Source of the DNA: Mobula hypostoma
Taxonomy: Eukaryota
DNA: 64,000 nt
Direction: 5' to 3'
NCBI RefSeq assembly: GCF_963921235.1
Contig: NC_086097.1
Location: 55,616,001 to 55,680,000, forward strand
Shown here: positions 12,038 to 23,876 of the stretch, one piece after another
Layout of the letters: every line of letters starts with the position of its first letter
Numbering within the stretch: position 1 is the first letter of the stretch
Made by a program: the position numbers and the translations under genes
The notes under the pieces: generated by a model
Seen by the model: the letters and a program-made list of their open reading frames with translations, nothing else
What the model was told of the DNA's origin: nothing
The model's database searches: none

Positions 12038-13726
12038 GTGGAGAGGGTCAGCAACTTTAAATTCCTCAGTGTTATTATTTCTGAGGACCTATTCTGGGCC
12101 CAGAACCTAAGTGCAATTATGAAGAAAGTGTGGCAGTGCCTCTACTTCCTTAGGAGTTTGCAAAGAATTGGCATGATATCTAAAGCTTTGACAAACTTCT
12201 ATAGAAGTGTAGTTGAGAGTATATTGACTGGTTGCATCTCAGTCTGGTTTGGAAACACAAATGCCCTTGAACAGAAAACCCTACAAAAAGTAGTGGGTAC
12301 AGCCCAGTCCATCATGAGTAAAGCCCTCCCCACTATTGACCACGTCTACACAAAACATTGTTGCAGGAAAGCAGCATCCATCATCACAGACCACCATCAA
12401 GGTAGTAGGGATAGTCCGGGTAATTATAGACCAGTGAGCCTTACGTCTGTGGTGGGAAAACTGTTGGAAATGATTCTTAGAGATAGGATCTATAGGCATT
12501 TAGAGAATCATGGTCTGATCAGGGACATTCAGCATGGCTTTGTGAAGGGCAGATCGTGTCTAACAAGCCTGATAGAGTTCTTTGAGGAGGTGACCAAGCA
12601 TATAGATGAGGGTAGTGCAGTGGATGTGATCTATATGGATTTTAGTAAGGCATTTGACAAGGTTCCACATGGTAGGCTTATTCAGAAAGTCAGAAGGCAT
12701 GGGATCCAGGGAAGTTTGGCCAGGTGGATTCAGAATTGGCTTGCCTGCAGAAGGCAGAGGGTGGTGGTGGAGGGAGTACATTCAGATTGGAGGATTGTGA
12801 CTAGTGGTGTCCCACAAGCATCTGTTCTGAGACCTCTACTTTTCGTGATTTTTATTAATGACCTGGATGTGGGGGTAGAAGGGTGGGTTGGCAAGTTTGC
12901 AGACGACACAAAGGTTGGTGGTGTTGTAGATAGTGTAGAGGATTGTCAAAGATTGCAGAGAGACATTGATAGGATGCAGAAGTGGGCTGAGAAGTGGCAG
13001 ATGGAGTTCAACCCGGAGAAGTGTGAGGTGGTACACTTTGGAAGGATAAACTCCAAGGCAGAGTACAAAGTAAATGGCAGGATACTTGGTAGTGTGGAGG
13101 AGCAGAGGGATCTCGGGGTACATGTCCACAGATCCCTGAAAGTTGCCTCACAGGTGGATAGGGTAGTTAAGAAAGCTTATGGGGTGTTAGCTTTCATAAG
13201 TCGAGGGATAGAGTTTAAGAGTCGCGATGTAATGATGCAGCTCTATAAAACTCTGGTTAGGCCACACTTGGAGTATTGTGTCCAGTTCTGGTCACCTCAC
13301 TATAGGAAGGATGTGGAAGCATTGGAAAGGGTACAGAGGAGATTTACCAGGATGCTGCCTGGTTTAGAAAGTATGCATTATGATCAGAGATTAAGGGAGC
13401 TAGGGCTTTACTCTTTGGAGAGAAGGAGGATGAGAGGAGACATGATAGAGGTGTACAAGATAATAAGAGGAATAGATAGAGTGGATAGCCAGTGCCTCTT
13501 CCCCAGGGCACCACTGCTCAATACAAGAGGACATGGCTTTAAGGTAAGGGGTGGGAAGTTCAAGGGGGATATTAGAGGAAGGTTTTTTACTCAGAGAGTG
13601 GTTGGTGCGTGGAATGCACTGCCTGAGTCAGTGGTGGAGGCAGATGCACTCGTGAAGTTTAAGAGACTACTAGACAGGTATATGGAGGAATCTAAGGTGG
13701 GGGCTTATATGGGAGGCAGGGTTTGA
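12038..13726 (+). CDS. 562-aa chimeric ORF: Rex1 ORF C-terminal ~120 aa fused in frame to the CR1 RT and C-terminus; probably not functional
   Basis: ORF track. The junction is at ...ASIITDHHQ|GSRDSPGNYRP. The ORF starts at GTG, and the RT motif is altered (GVPQASVLRP for GVPQGSVLGP). Confidence 0.3.
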   Translation: MERVSNFKFLSVIISEDLFWAQNLSAIMKKVWQCLYFLRSLQRIGMISKALTNFYRSVVESILTGCISVWFGNTNALEQKTLQKVVGTAQSIMSKALPTIDHVYTKHCCRKAASIITDHHQGSRDSPGNYRPVSLTSVVGKLLEMILRDRIYRHLENHGLIRDIQHGFVKGRSCLTSLIEFFEEVTKHIDEGSAVDVIYMDFSKAFDKVPHGRLIQKVRRHGIQGSLARWIQNWLACRRQRVVVEGVHSDWRIVTSGVPQASVLRPLLFVIFINDLDVGVEGWVGKFADDTKVGGVVDSVEDCQRLQRDIDRMQKWAEKWQMEFNPEKCEVVHFGRINSKAEYKVNGRILGSVEEQRDLGVHVHRSLKVASQVDRVVKKAYGVLAFISRGIEFKSRDVMMQLYKTLVRPHLEYCVQFWSPHYRKDVEALERVQRRFTRMLPGLESMHYDQRLRELGLYSLERRRMRGDMIEVYKIIRGIDRVDSQCLFPRAPLLNTRGHGFKVRGGKFKGDIRGRFFTQRVVGAWNALPESVVEADALVKFKRLLDRYMEESKVGAYMGGRV

Positions 13727-13799
13727 GGGTCGGAACAACATTGTGGGCCGAAGGGCCTGTACTGTGCTGTACTATTCTATGTTCTATGTTCTATGTTCT
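12400..13799 (+). mobile_element. Young 5'-truncated CR1 LINE
   Basis: Open frame from PGNYRPVSLTS through DFSKAFDKVPH, FADDT and HLEYCVQFW to the stop at 13726. Tail (ttctatg)n. Candidate 4-bp TSD atca (12396-12399 / 13800-13803). Confidence 0.95.
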
Positions 13800-15073
13800 A
13801 TCACCTAGGTCACACTCTCTTCTCACAGCTGCCATCAGGAAGAATGTACAAGAGCCTCAGGACTTGTACCACCAGTTTCAGGAACAGTTATTACCCCTCA
13901 ACCCTCAGGCTCTTGAACCAAAGGGGATAACTTCACTCAATGTCCCTTCATTGACATGTTCCTACAAACTATGGACTCACTTTCAAGGACTCTTCACCTC
14001 ATGTTCTCGATGTTTATTGCTAATGTATTATTATTATTATTTCTTTCTTTTTCTATTTGCACAGTTTGTTGTCTTTTGCACACTGGTTGAACCCCTAAAC
14101 TGGTGCAGTCTTCCACTGATTCTGTGATGAGTTTATGGAGTATACCTGCAAGAAAACAAAGCTCAGGTTGGAAATGGTGACGTATATGTACTTCGATAAT
14201 AAATTTACTCTGAACTTTGAACTTTTGAACTTTAAATTAAGAATGCACTTCTGATTTAGATTAAGTGCATTTGAATGAAAAACAACTTGACAAAAATGGT
14301 TATGCTTTCTCTTCAGAAGTCTAGAATTAATTTCAAAACATTTCACAATGATGAATAAGTAGCTTACACCGTTTTGTTTTATGGTATAGTGCTCGTATTC
14401 TGAATTAACTGTATATCCCTATGGGTCCATGTCCTAAAACTGATCTTTGAGTAAAAGATAGAAACAGAAGAAATAAAAGCCAGATCTGAAGGTTGTAAAT
14501 GTGCAGAGACAAAGCCCAACAGGGTTAAAGAAGTGTTGTACAGAGGCCTTCAAAGAGATCTGGCAAACATGAAGTAGTTGGTGTTTACATTCATTGCTGT
14601 GCCCTAAGATACATAGATTGTTTTTGTTTTTTTGGTGTGGAAGATTAAAAGCTGTAAAGTATTAGGACTCCTTTTCAAAGAAATTCAGAAGAGATGGACA
14701 ATTTATTTTGCATTCCTTAACAATGTTCCCAAATAAAACCAAGTACTGCAGTCTAAAAATTGAGGCTTGCCGAAAGATGGATTCTGCAGTAATTAATATG
14801 TTTGTATTAATGTTGATGGCTGAACAGCCTGGGAATCTTGCTTTCTCCTTTGACCAACGCTAATTCTCCAATCAATCTGATCATCATTACATTAATCATT
14901 TTTTGATGCTGCTTGTGTGCTGTTTGGTTGCTGTGTCTTCTACATTGTTGCAACGTGTGGATGCCTCCTGCTTCAGCAGACATCTATAGCTAACTTTTGT
15001 TTGTGGAATCAGATACAAAGTTTCACTGCAAGCCTTTGGAAACAATTAAAATAATCAAATAAGCTGCATTTAA

Positions 15074-15577
15074 GGAGAGGGTCCAGAGGAAGTTCACAAG
15101 GGTGATTCCAAGAATGAAAGGGTTATCATACAATGAACATTGGATGGCTCTGGGTCTGTACTTGCTGGAATTCAGAAGGATGAGGGAGGTCCTCATTGAG
15201 ACTTTTTGAATGTTGAAAGGCCTAGACAGAGTAGATGTGGAAAGGATGTTTCCCATGGTGGTAGAGTCTAGGATAAGAGGGCACAGCCTCAGGATAGAGG
15301 GGAGCCCTTTCAAAACGGAGATGCGGAGAAATTTCTTTAGCCAAAAGGTGGTGAATTTGTGGAATTTGTTACCACATGCAGCTGTGGAGGCCAGGTCGTT
15401 GGGTGTATTTAAGGCAGAGGTTGACATGTTTTTGATTGGACGCGGCATCAAAGGTTACAGGGAAAAGGCAGGAACTGGGGTTGAGGAGGGGAAAAAAGGA
15501 TCAGCCATGATTGAATGGCGGAGCAGACTCGATGGGCCAGATGGCCTAATTCTGCTCCTATTTCTTATGGTCTTATT
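15074..15577 (+). mobile_element. CR1 3' fragment
   Basis: LKGLDRVDVERMFP...FFSQKVVNLWNLLP; tail cttatggtcttat. Confidence 0.9.
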
Positions 15578-15639
15578 AAAAGTTCTTAATGCATTACATC
15601 ATGCTTCACCTCCATAAAATATATCACTTTGCTATTTTT

Positions 15640-16619
15640 TAAAAAAGGGAAATGAGAGTCAAAAATGAACTATTGACCGATTAGTGATAGAGAAGTTGCT
15701 GGTGTTTATAATGACAGATGTACTAACAATATGCTTTGAAAAGAACAAGTTAAGGCAGAGTCAGCAAGGGTTTATAAAAAGAAAATCACAACTGACTAAT
15801 CTTCTAATGTTCTTTGATAATGTGGCTATTAGAATAGATAAGGGGAATTTGGTACATGTAATCTTTTCTGATTTTAAAAAAAGACTTTCAAAAAGGTGGG
15901 AACAACAGTAGAATACTGAGAGCTGGTGTTGATGTACTGATATGGACTGAGAATTGGTGATTAGATAGAAAACATTGAATGAGAATAAATGGATCTTTCT
16001 TGGACTGACAGGCTATAAATAGTGGGACACCAGAGGGGCTGGTGCTTGGAACACAACTATTTATGACCTATTTATTATCAATTTACTGATTTAGCTGGGG
16101 GGAAATCCAGTGTTATGTTTCTAGGTCTGCTGATGATGCAAAACTGGTTGAATAAGGAAGAGCATGTAAAGAGGCTTCAAGGGCATATACAGTAGATAAT
16201 CTGAGTAAGAGTGGACAAGATCATGACAGATACTATATAATGTGGGAAAATGAGTATTTATTCACTTAGGTGAACAAACAGAAAAACAAAGTATATTTTA
16301 ATTTATGAGAGATTGTGTAATACTGATGTTCACTGGGATCCAGATGTCCTTGTAAACAAATCACTGAAAGCTAACATAGCAAAACAGCAAGCAAATTGGA
16401 ATGCAAATATAATGCTGGCCTTTAATGTGGGAGGAATTGAATGCACAAGGCAAGATGCTTCACTACTTTATTGTAGCACTTTATTGAGAATCTAGAGAAT
16501 TGTGCTCAGTTTTTGGTCTCCATATCTAAAAGTAGAATACATGGATGGCATGGATGGAGTGCAGAAAAAAATCATGGCACTCATTCCAGGGAGTAGTTTT
16601 AACATATCAGGAGAGGTTA
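15640..16619 (+). mobile_element. Ancient CR1 RT region; continues at 22920-23250
   Basis: SQQGFIKRKSQLTNLLMFFD...DFKK, ADDAKL and FWSPYLK. Ends at LTYQERL and resumes RLNRQDLYSLE at 22923. Confidence 0.75.
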
Positions 16620-16807
16620 CTCTGCACCACAGTTCCCTTGGAGACATTGGATTATGCAGTGGGAGAGAAATTCCAAAAGAAGCGAGTGGGGCAGCTGAGA
16701 CATGCTGCAGGCCACAGATTGCTCAAGGACATTGGATTATGTAGCTGGAACGAGATCTCAGGAGAAGCAGCAATCAGGACCTTCTGTGTGCCACAGTTCC
16801 CTTAGAG

Positions 16808-17438
16808 GCAACACACATCAAAGTTGCTGGTGAACGCAGCAGGCCAGGCAGCATCTCTAGAAAGAGGTACAGTCGACGTTTCGGGCCGAGACCCTTCGTC
16901 AGGACTAACTGAAGGAAGAGTTCGTAAGAGATTTGAAAGTGGGAGGGGGAGGGGGAGATCCAAAATGATAGGAGAAGACAGGAGGGGGAGGGATGGAGCC
17001 AAGAGCTGGACAGTTGATTGGCAAAGGGGATATGAGATGATCATGGGACAGGAGGACCGGGGAGAAAGACAAGGGTTGGCGGAAACCCAGAGGATAGGCA
17101 AGGGGTATAGTGAGAGGGACAGAGGGAGAAAAAGGAGAGAGAGAAGAAGAATATGTGTATATAAATAAATAACGGATGGGGTACGAGGGGGAGGTGGGGC
17201 ATTAGTGGAAGTTTGAGGTCAATGTTTATACCATCAGATTGGAGGCTACCCAGAGGGAATATAAGGTGTTGTTCCTCCAACCTGAGTGTGGCTTCATCTT
17301 TACAACAGAGGAGGTCATGGATAGACATATCAGAATGGGAATGGGATGTGGAATTAAAATGTGTGGCCACTGGGAGATCCTGCTTTCTCTGGTGGACAGA
17401 GTGTAGGTGTTCAGCGAAATGGACTCCCAGTCTGCGTC
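16808..17438 (-). mobile_element. Penelope-like element 3' end
   Basis: Minus ORF ATHFNSTSHSHSDMS...RLEEQHLIFPLGSLQSDGIN is a GIY-YIG C-terminus. It is followed by a pyrimidine-rich UTR and a hammerhead motif. Near-identical to 51022-51590. Confidence 0.9.
16870..16907 (-). ncRNA. Type I hammerhead ribozyme motif (Penelope-associated)
   Basis: Minus strand reads TAGTC-CTGACGA-A-GGGT/CTCG/GCCC-GAAAC-GTC-GACTG: conserved core, stem II, GUC site and stem I. Confidence 0.7.
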
Positions 17439-19466
17439 AGGGAATTAATTGTGCATAATTAGGCTCTTGGCAAGGCAATTAAAATAATTTAGTTTTGTAG
17501 ACAGGAATGACATTCCTGGAAAGTATGTTGCCTCCTGGGTGCCAAGGCCAGGGACATCTCAGATCAAGCCCACAGCGTTCTTAAGTGGGAGGGTTTACAG
17601 TCAGAAGTCTTGGTCCATGTGGATATCAATCGCATGGGCTGGAAGAGTGATGAGGTCCTGCAAAGTGAGTTCAGGGAGTTGGGTGCCAAAAAGGACAGGA
17701 CCTCTAAAGTTGTGATCTTAGGATTGCTACCCATGCCACATGCCAGTGAGGCCAGCAACAGGAAGATTATACAGTTTAATACATGTCTAAGGAGATGGTG
17801 CAGGAGGAAGGGCTTCAGGTTTTTGGATCATTGGGCTCTCTCCTAGGTAAGGTGGGACCTGTACAGAAGGGGCAGTTTGCACCTGAACTAGAAGGGGACT
17901 AATATCTTTGCAGGAAGATTTGCTAGTCCTGCATGGCAGAGGGTGGGGGAGGGGAGTTTCAGTGGGATGGGAAGCAGAGCGCCAGAGCAGATAGTGGAAT
18001 GGTTGTGGAGAAATATGTTGTTAAGCCTACATGCAAAGTCAAGAAGTGAAAGGCTGAGCATGGTGGGACCAATGTTCTGAGTTGTGTATATTTTAATGCA
18101 AGGAGGATTATAGGAAAGGTGGATGAGTTTAGGCCACAGATCCGCACATGGTATTATGACATTGTGGCCACTTGTGACACTTGGTTGCAGGCGGGGCAAG
18201 TCTGGCAGCTCAGTGATGCAGAGTTCCATTGCTTTAGACGTGATAGATTGGGAGGGATTAAAGGGGGAAGGGTTGCATTAATATTCAGGGAAAGTGTCAT
18301 GGCAGTGTTTAGACAGGAGATACTGGTGAGCTTGTCTACTGAGGCTATATGGGTGAAAATAAGGAATAAGAATGGGATGATCATGTTACTGGGTTTATAT
18401 TAGAGACCGCACAACAGTCCATGGAACTTAGTTGAGCAATTTTATAGAGAGATTCTAGACTGTTGCAAAAAAATCATGAAGTTGTGATAATAGGCGATTT
18501 TAACTTTCCACATATTGATTGGGACTCCACACTGTAAAAAGTCTGGATGATAGAGAGTTCTGAACAGTTTCCTTAATCAGTACATGAAGTCCCAACTAGT
18601 GAGAGTGTGTTACTAAATCTCCTCTTAGGGAAAGAAACAGGGCAGGAGACAAGTTTGTGTAGGGGAACACTTTGCAACAAGTGATAATAGTGGCATTAGT
18701 TTCAAGATAGTTATGAACAAGTATATGTTTGGTCCTTGGGTTAGGATTCTATATTGGAGAAAGACGAATTTTGGTATCAGAAAGGATCTGACAAGTATGG
18801 ATTGGGATAGGAATAGGCTATTTTCTAGCAAAGGTATACTTGGTAAGTGGGAGGCTTACAAAAGTGAAATTTTGAGAGTACAGCGTATGTATGTTCCTAT
18901 CAGAAAGAAAGGCAAGAATAACAGATTTAGGACTGTTGATTTTCAAGAGATATTTATGGCCTGCTTAAGAAAAAGAAAGGGATGCATAGCAGAAAGGAGC
19001 AACTGAAGAGTATAATAAATGCAAAAGAACATTTAAAATCAGGAAAGCTAAAAGAAGGCATTAAGTTGCTCTAGCAGACAAGGTGTAGGAAAATTCCACG
19101 TGTTTCTACAGATACTCAATATTAAGAGAAAAAAGGATAGCAAGAGAGAAAATGGATCCCCAGGGAGATCAGAATGGTCATCTATATATGGAACTGAAAA
19201 AGATGGGGGAGATCTTAAATTGATTTTTTGCACCTGTATTTACTTGGGAGATGAACATCGAGTCCATAAAGCTGAGGCCATACATTAGTGAGCTCATAGG
19301 CCCTATACAGATGATGGAGAAGGAAGTGTTTGTTGTCTTGAGGCAAATTAAGATGAATAAATCTCCAGGGCCTGATAAGGTGTTCCTGCGAACCTTGTGG
19401 AAAGCTAGTGCAGAAATTGCAGGAGCCCCAGCAGAGATACTTAAAATGTCCTTAGCCACGGGTGAC

Positions 19467-20912
19467 ATTCAAAGTTCAAAGTAAATTTTATTATCGGAGT
19501 ACATACATATCACCACATACAACCCTGGGATTCTTTTTCTGTGGGCATACTTTGCAAATATATAGGACAGTAACTTTAAACTGTAAACTTCAGGAACTGT
19601 TAACTGTAAACTACTTGTGCAAATGCAGATATAAATAAATAGCAATAAATAATGAGCATGAAACAACAGTATAACAGAGTCCTTAAATGAGTGTAGTTAT
19701 CCCCTTTTGTTCAGGAGCCTGATGGTTGAGGAGTAGTAACTGTCCTTGAACCTGGTAGTGTGAGTCCTGAGGCACTTGGACCTTCTATCTGATGGCAGCA
19801 GGGCGAAAAGAGCTTGGCCTGGGTGGTGAGGATCTTTGATGATGGATGCTGCTTTTTTACAGCAATGCTTCATGTAGGTGTGCTCAATGGTTGGGAGGGT
19901 TTTACCCATGATGTACTGGGCTGAATCCACTACGTTTTGTAGGAATTTACACTCAAAGGCATTGGTGTCCCCATACCAGGCCATAATGCAGCCAGTCAGC
20001 ACACTTTCCACCGCACATCTATGGAAGTTTGCCAAGGTTTTGGATGATATACCGAACCTCCGGAGAGTCCTGAGGAAGTAGAGGTGCTGTTGTGCTTTTT
20101 TCACAATAATATTCATTTCTTACTTTAATGGCGAAAAGATGTATCTTACAACATTGGAAAGAGCTTAATGCTCCAACTACCTTTTTTTGGTTTTCTCAGA
20201 CGATATTATGCTTGAATTTGGAGAAAATTAGAAGCAATCTTTATGATTCCTCACTTAAATTTGAACAGACCTGGAGATCTTTTATTCAATATTTTCATTT
20301 AATGTAATTATTTTTTTCCTCTTTTTTTGCTCCATATTTATATACCCTTCTTGTTTTTTTTACTGTTTTTAATGGAGTTCGGGATTGAGGACGTGATTTT
20401 AAGTTTAACTCTGTTTGGTTTCAAGTTAGCCCATTGCTTTGCGTTGCTTTTAGTTAGTTGCACGGTGGGTTTTTTTTTGGGGTTTTTTTTCTTTTTCTCC
20501 ATTGATATATATATAAAATTAGTATACTATTATGTTACCTTGGTATGTTATGTTTAAATTACATTGTTTGTAGTATTTTTTTTTGTATTAATATCTTCTG
20601 TAATTTTATTATATGCTAACAATGTATTAGTGTCTATATGGCTTACCTTTTTGTATACTTATTTAATAAAAAGATTTAAAAAGAAAGAAAGAATATTTAT
20701 ATGGTGGGTCCAGAACAGGTCCTCAGAGATAGTGACACCCTGCAATTAAAGTTACTGACCAGCTCCATCTCTGATCCTCTGATGGTTACTGGCTCATGGA
20801 CCTCTGGTTTTTCTCTCTTGAAGGCTACACCTCAGTTCCTTGGTCTCATTGACATTGAGTGAGAGGTTGTTGATATTACACCACTCAGCCAAGTTTTAAA
20901 TCTCCCTCCTGT
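19467..20912 (-). mobile_element. Rex1/Babar LINE 3' part, interrupted by an L1 fragment
   Basis: ORF 19697-20116 KKAQQHLYFLRTLRRFG...NFHRCAVESVLTGCI. Tail aataaaatttactttgaactttgaa (minus) at 19467-19495. The CR1 host resumes at ~20918. Confidence 0.9.
20114..20691 (+). mobile_element. L1-clade LINE 3' fragment
   Basis: Same family as 32471-33060 (FLTLMAKRCILQHWKE...FEQTWRSFIQYFHLM). AATAAA plus A-rich tail. Imperfect TSD aatatt(c/t)at at 20108-20116 and 20692-20700. Confidence 0.9.
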
Positions 20913-21315
20913 TTGCTGGTGCTGGAGGTTTGGAGGGTAGCTGATGTTGTTCCATTGTTTAAGAAAGGCTCTAAGGATAATTCAGGAAATTATAGGCCAG
21001 TGAGCCTTCTGTCAGCAGTGGGTAAGCAATTGAAATGTATTCCAAGGGACCAGATATATAAGTGTTTGGATAGACAAGGACTGATTAGGGATAGTCAACA
21101 TGGCTTTGAGCCTAGTAGGTCATGTCTAACCAGTCTTATAGAGTAGTATGAAGAAGTTACCAGGAAAGTTGATGAAGGTAAAGCAGTGGATGTAGTCTGC
21201 ATGGAGTTTAGAAAGGCCTTTGACAATGTTCTGCATGGGAGGTTGATCAAGAAGGTTCGTCACTTGGCATTCAAGATGAGGTAGAAAATTGGATTATTCA
21301 TTTGCTTCACAGAAG

Positions 21316-21897
21316 ATTCATGATTCATGAAGGCTAAATTTAATTTCATGTTCTCAAATGTAAAGAAGGATGAAATGATTGTTACTCCAGATACAATGCA
21401 ACACAATAAAAACACAAGATTAGAAAACACTAATAATAATAATAAATACCTAAAATAAATATGAATACATAAGATTGCTTATATACATTGATTGTATGCC
21501 CATCAAGTGATGCTAGGCAGGACATAAGGTGGCTGACAGATAAATGACAAAGTAATGGTGGAGTTAGTGGGTGGTGGTGTTCATCAGCCTTCCTGCTTGG
21601 GAAAAGTAACTGTTTTTTAATCTGGTGGTCCTGGCATGGATGCAACATGGCCTCCTCACTGATGGGAGTGGGACAAACAGTCTATGAGCAGGATGGGTGG
21701 GATCCTTTATGATGTTACTGGCCCTTTTCCAGCACCTTTCTGAATATATATCCTTGATGGCGGGTAGGCTGGTGTTGTTGATGCATTCGGCAGTTTTGAC
21801 TATCCACTATAGAGCCCTCCTGTCCACCGCGGTGCCAGTTCCATACCATGGAGTGATGCAGCTTATCAGGATGATCTCTACTCTGCATCTGTAGAAG
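21316..21897 (-). mobile_element. Rex1/Babar-type 3' fragment inserted in CR1
   Basis: Minus reads FYRCRVEIILISCITPWYGT. Tail (tcatgaa)n at 21316-21330. agaag is repeated at 21311-21315 and 21893-21897. Confidence 0.8.
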
Positions 21898-22919
21898 CCA
21901 GAGCGTGGTAGTAAATGGATACCTCTCTGACGAGAGACCTGTGACTTGTGGTGTGTTGCAGCATCTGGTGCTGTGTCCATTGTGGTGTCACCTATATCAA
22001 CGATCTGGGTGATAATGTAGAAAAATGGATCAGCATATTTGCAAATGACACCAAGTTTGGGGGGTGTAGTAGAAAGTGAGGAAGACTAGCAAAGGTTGAA
22101 GAGGGACCTGGACCAGCTGTGACAATGGGCTGAACAATGACAGATGGAATTTAATACGGACAAGTGTGAAGTGTTACACTTCAGGAGGACTGACACGATG
22201 AGCAGCAGGGCACTGAGGAGTACCGTAGAACAGAGGGATCTGGGAATACAGATCCACAATTCCTGGAAACTGGCATCACGGGTTGTAAAGAAAGCTTTTG
22301 GTACATTGGCCTTCATAAATCAAAGAACTGAGAATAGGAGTTGGGATGTTATGTTGAAGTTGTGTAAGATGTTAGTGAGGCCTAATTTGGAGTATTGAGT
22401 GCAGTTCTGGTCACCTACCTACAGGAAAGATGTCAATAAGATTGAAAGGGTGCAGAGAAATTTTACACAGATGTTGCTGGGACTTGAGGAGAGAAGTTAC
22501 AGGGAAAGGTTGAATAGGTTTGGACTTTGTTCCACAGAGCATAGAAGATTGAGGGGAGATTTGATAGAGGTATACAAAATTATTAGGGGTTTAGATAGGA
22601 TAAATACAAGCAGGCTTCTTCCACTGAGGTTGGGTGAGTCTAGAACAGGAGGTCATGGATTAATGGTGAAATGTTTAAGAGGGTCATGAGGAGTGTCTTC
22701 ACTCAGAGGATGGTAAGAGTTCAAAACGAGCTGCCTGCCAAAGTTGTGGATGCTGGTTCGATTTCAACACTTAAGAGACATTTATATAGGTATATTGATG
22801 GGAGGGGTTTGGAGGGGTATGGTCCAGATGGGACTGATCGATGGGACTGATTGACTAAGAGTTTGGCATGGAATAGATAGGCCAAAGGACCTGTTTCTGT
22901 TGTGTAGTGTTCTATGACA

Positions 22920-23250
22920 CAAAGATTAAATAGACAAGATCTATATTCTCTGGAGATTGGAAGAAGGGAGATCTTATTGAAACTCACCAAATTCAAATAA
23001 GGCATGATAGGCTGGATGAACAAAGGATGCTTTCCATGGCCAATTAACCCTGAAACAGGAGCCACAGCCTCAGAATAAAGCATAAGCTATTTAAGACTTG
23101 CTTGAACATAAATATCGGAGAAAAATATACATATCGTTAAAAATTCCTTCCCTCTGAGATTTGTGGCGTCTCAATTATTGAAATTCAGTTAGGTAAATTT
23201 TAGGAAGTCCAGGTGACAGCATCTTGTAGCGGTGAGACATCGGCCATTGT
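22920..23250 (+). mobile_element. Ancient CR1 3' end (continuation of 15640-16619)
   Basis: RLNRQDLYSLEI...GDLIET...SHSLRIK, a degenerate CR1 C-terminus. Confidence 0.65.
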
Positions 23251-23328
23251 TAAAGGATGTTTAGAATGGGGTAATAAACTGCCAATTACTACTTTTCTGA
23301 CTCTGTATAACTGATTGCTCATAATATA

Positions 23329-23876
23329 CACCCAATGGCTGCTTTATTCGGCACAGGGGTGGAATCTGGTGTTGTCTTCTGCACCTGTGGCCCATCCACT
23401 TCAAGGTTCAACATGTTGTGCATTCAGAGATGATTTTCTACACATCACTGTTGTAATGCATGATTACTTGAGTTACCGTTGCCTTCCCGTCAGCTTGAAC
23501 CAGAGTGGCTATTCTCCTCTGACCTCTGTCATTAACAAGGCATTTTCACCCACAGAACTGCCACTCATTGGATGTTTTTTGTTTTTCTGCACCATTTTCT
23601 GTAAAGTTCATGTGTGTGAAATCCCCAGAACATTAGTACCTGTAGTTTCTGAGATAGTTAAACCACCCCATCTGGCACCAACAATCATTCCACGGTCAAA
23701 GTCACTTAGATCACATTTCTTCCCCATTCTGAGGTTTGACCTGAACAACAACTGAACCTATTGACCATGTCTGCATGCTTTTATGCATTGAGTTGCTGCC
23801 ACACAATTGGCTGATTCGATATATGAATTAACAAGTAGGTGTTCAGTTGTAGCTAATAAAGTGTACCTAATGAATG
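23329..23876. mobile_element. Tc1/mariner-derived non-autonomous element
   Basis: TA on both sides (23327-23328 and 23877-23878). Imperfect TIRs cacccaatggctgctttattcggcaca / tgtagctaataaagtgtacctaatgaatg resemble the CACTCAGTGGCCACTTTATTAGGTAC-type Tc1 ends. Confidence 0.7.

Larger units (their letters stand above)
11160..14235 (+). mobile_element. Rex1/Babar LINE (RT to 3' end) interrupted by a young CR1 at 12400-13799
   Basis: VLKTCADRLAEVFTEIFNLSL, IIPVPKK...PVALTS, FADDT, NFYRSVVESILTGCI. The 3' UTR resumes at 13800 and ends aataaatttactctgaactttgaacttttgaacttt. Confidence 0.88.
17500..22918 (+). mobile_element. Decayed CR1 LINE (ORF1 esterase, EN, RT, 3' end) hosting two Rex1 insertions
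   Basis: VVILGLLP...GFRFLDHW (ORF1); YDIVATCDTW (EN); KSPGPD; SGNYRPVSL; QFWSPTY. 3' tail gtgttctatgac at ~22915. Confidence 0.88.

Noticed and set aside
14900..14960. Deu-SINE domain remnant
   Set aside because: The resemblance is too weak to support without an alignment.
16627..16810. CRISPR-like repeat-spacer array
   Set aside because: Only three degenerate units, a eukaryotic TE context and no cas genes.
16824..17168. Repeated small ORF family (also 51034-51384 and 51681-51983)
   Set aside because: Antisense readings of the purine-rich Penelope UTR, not genes.
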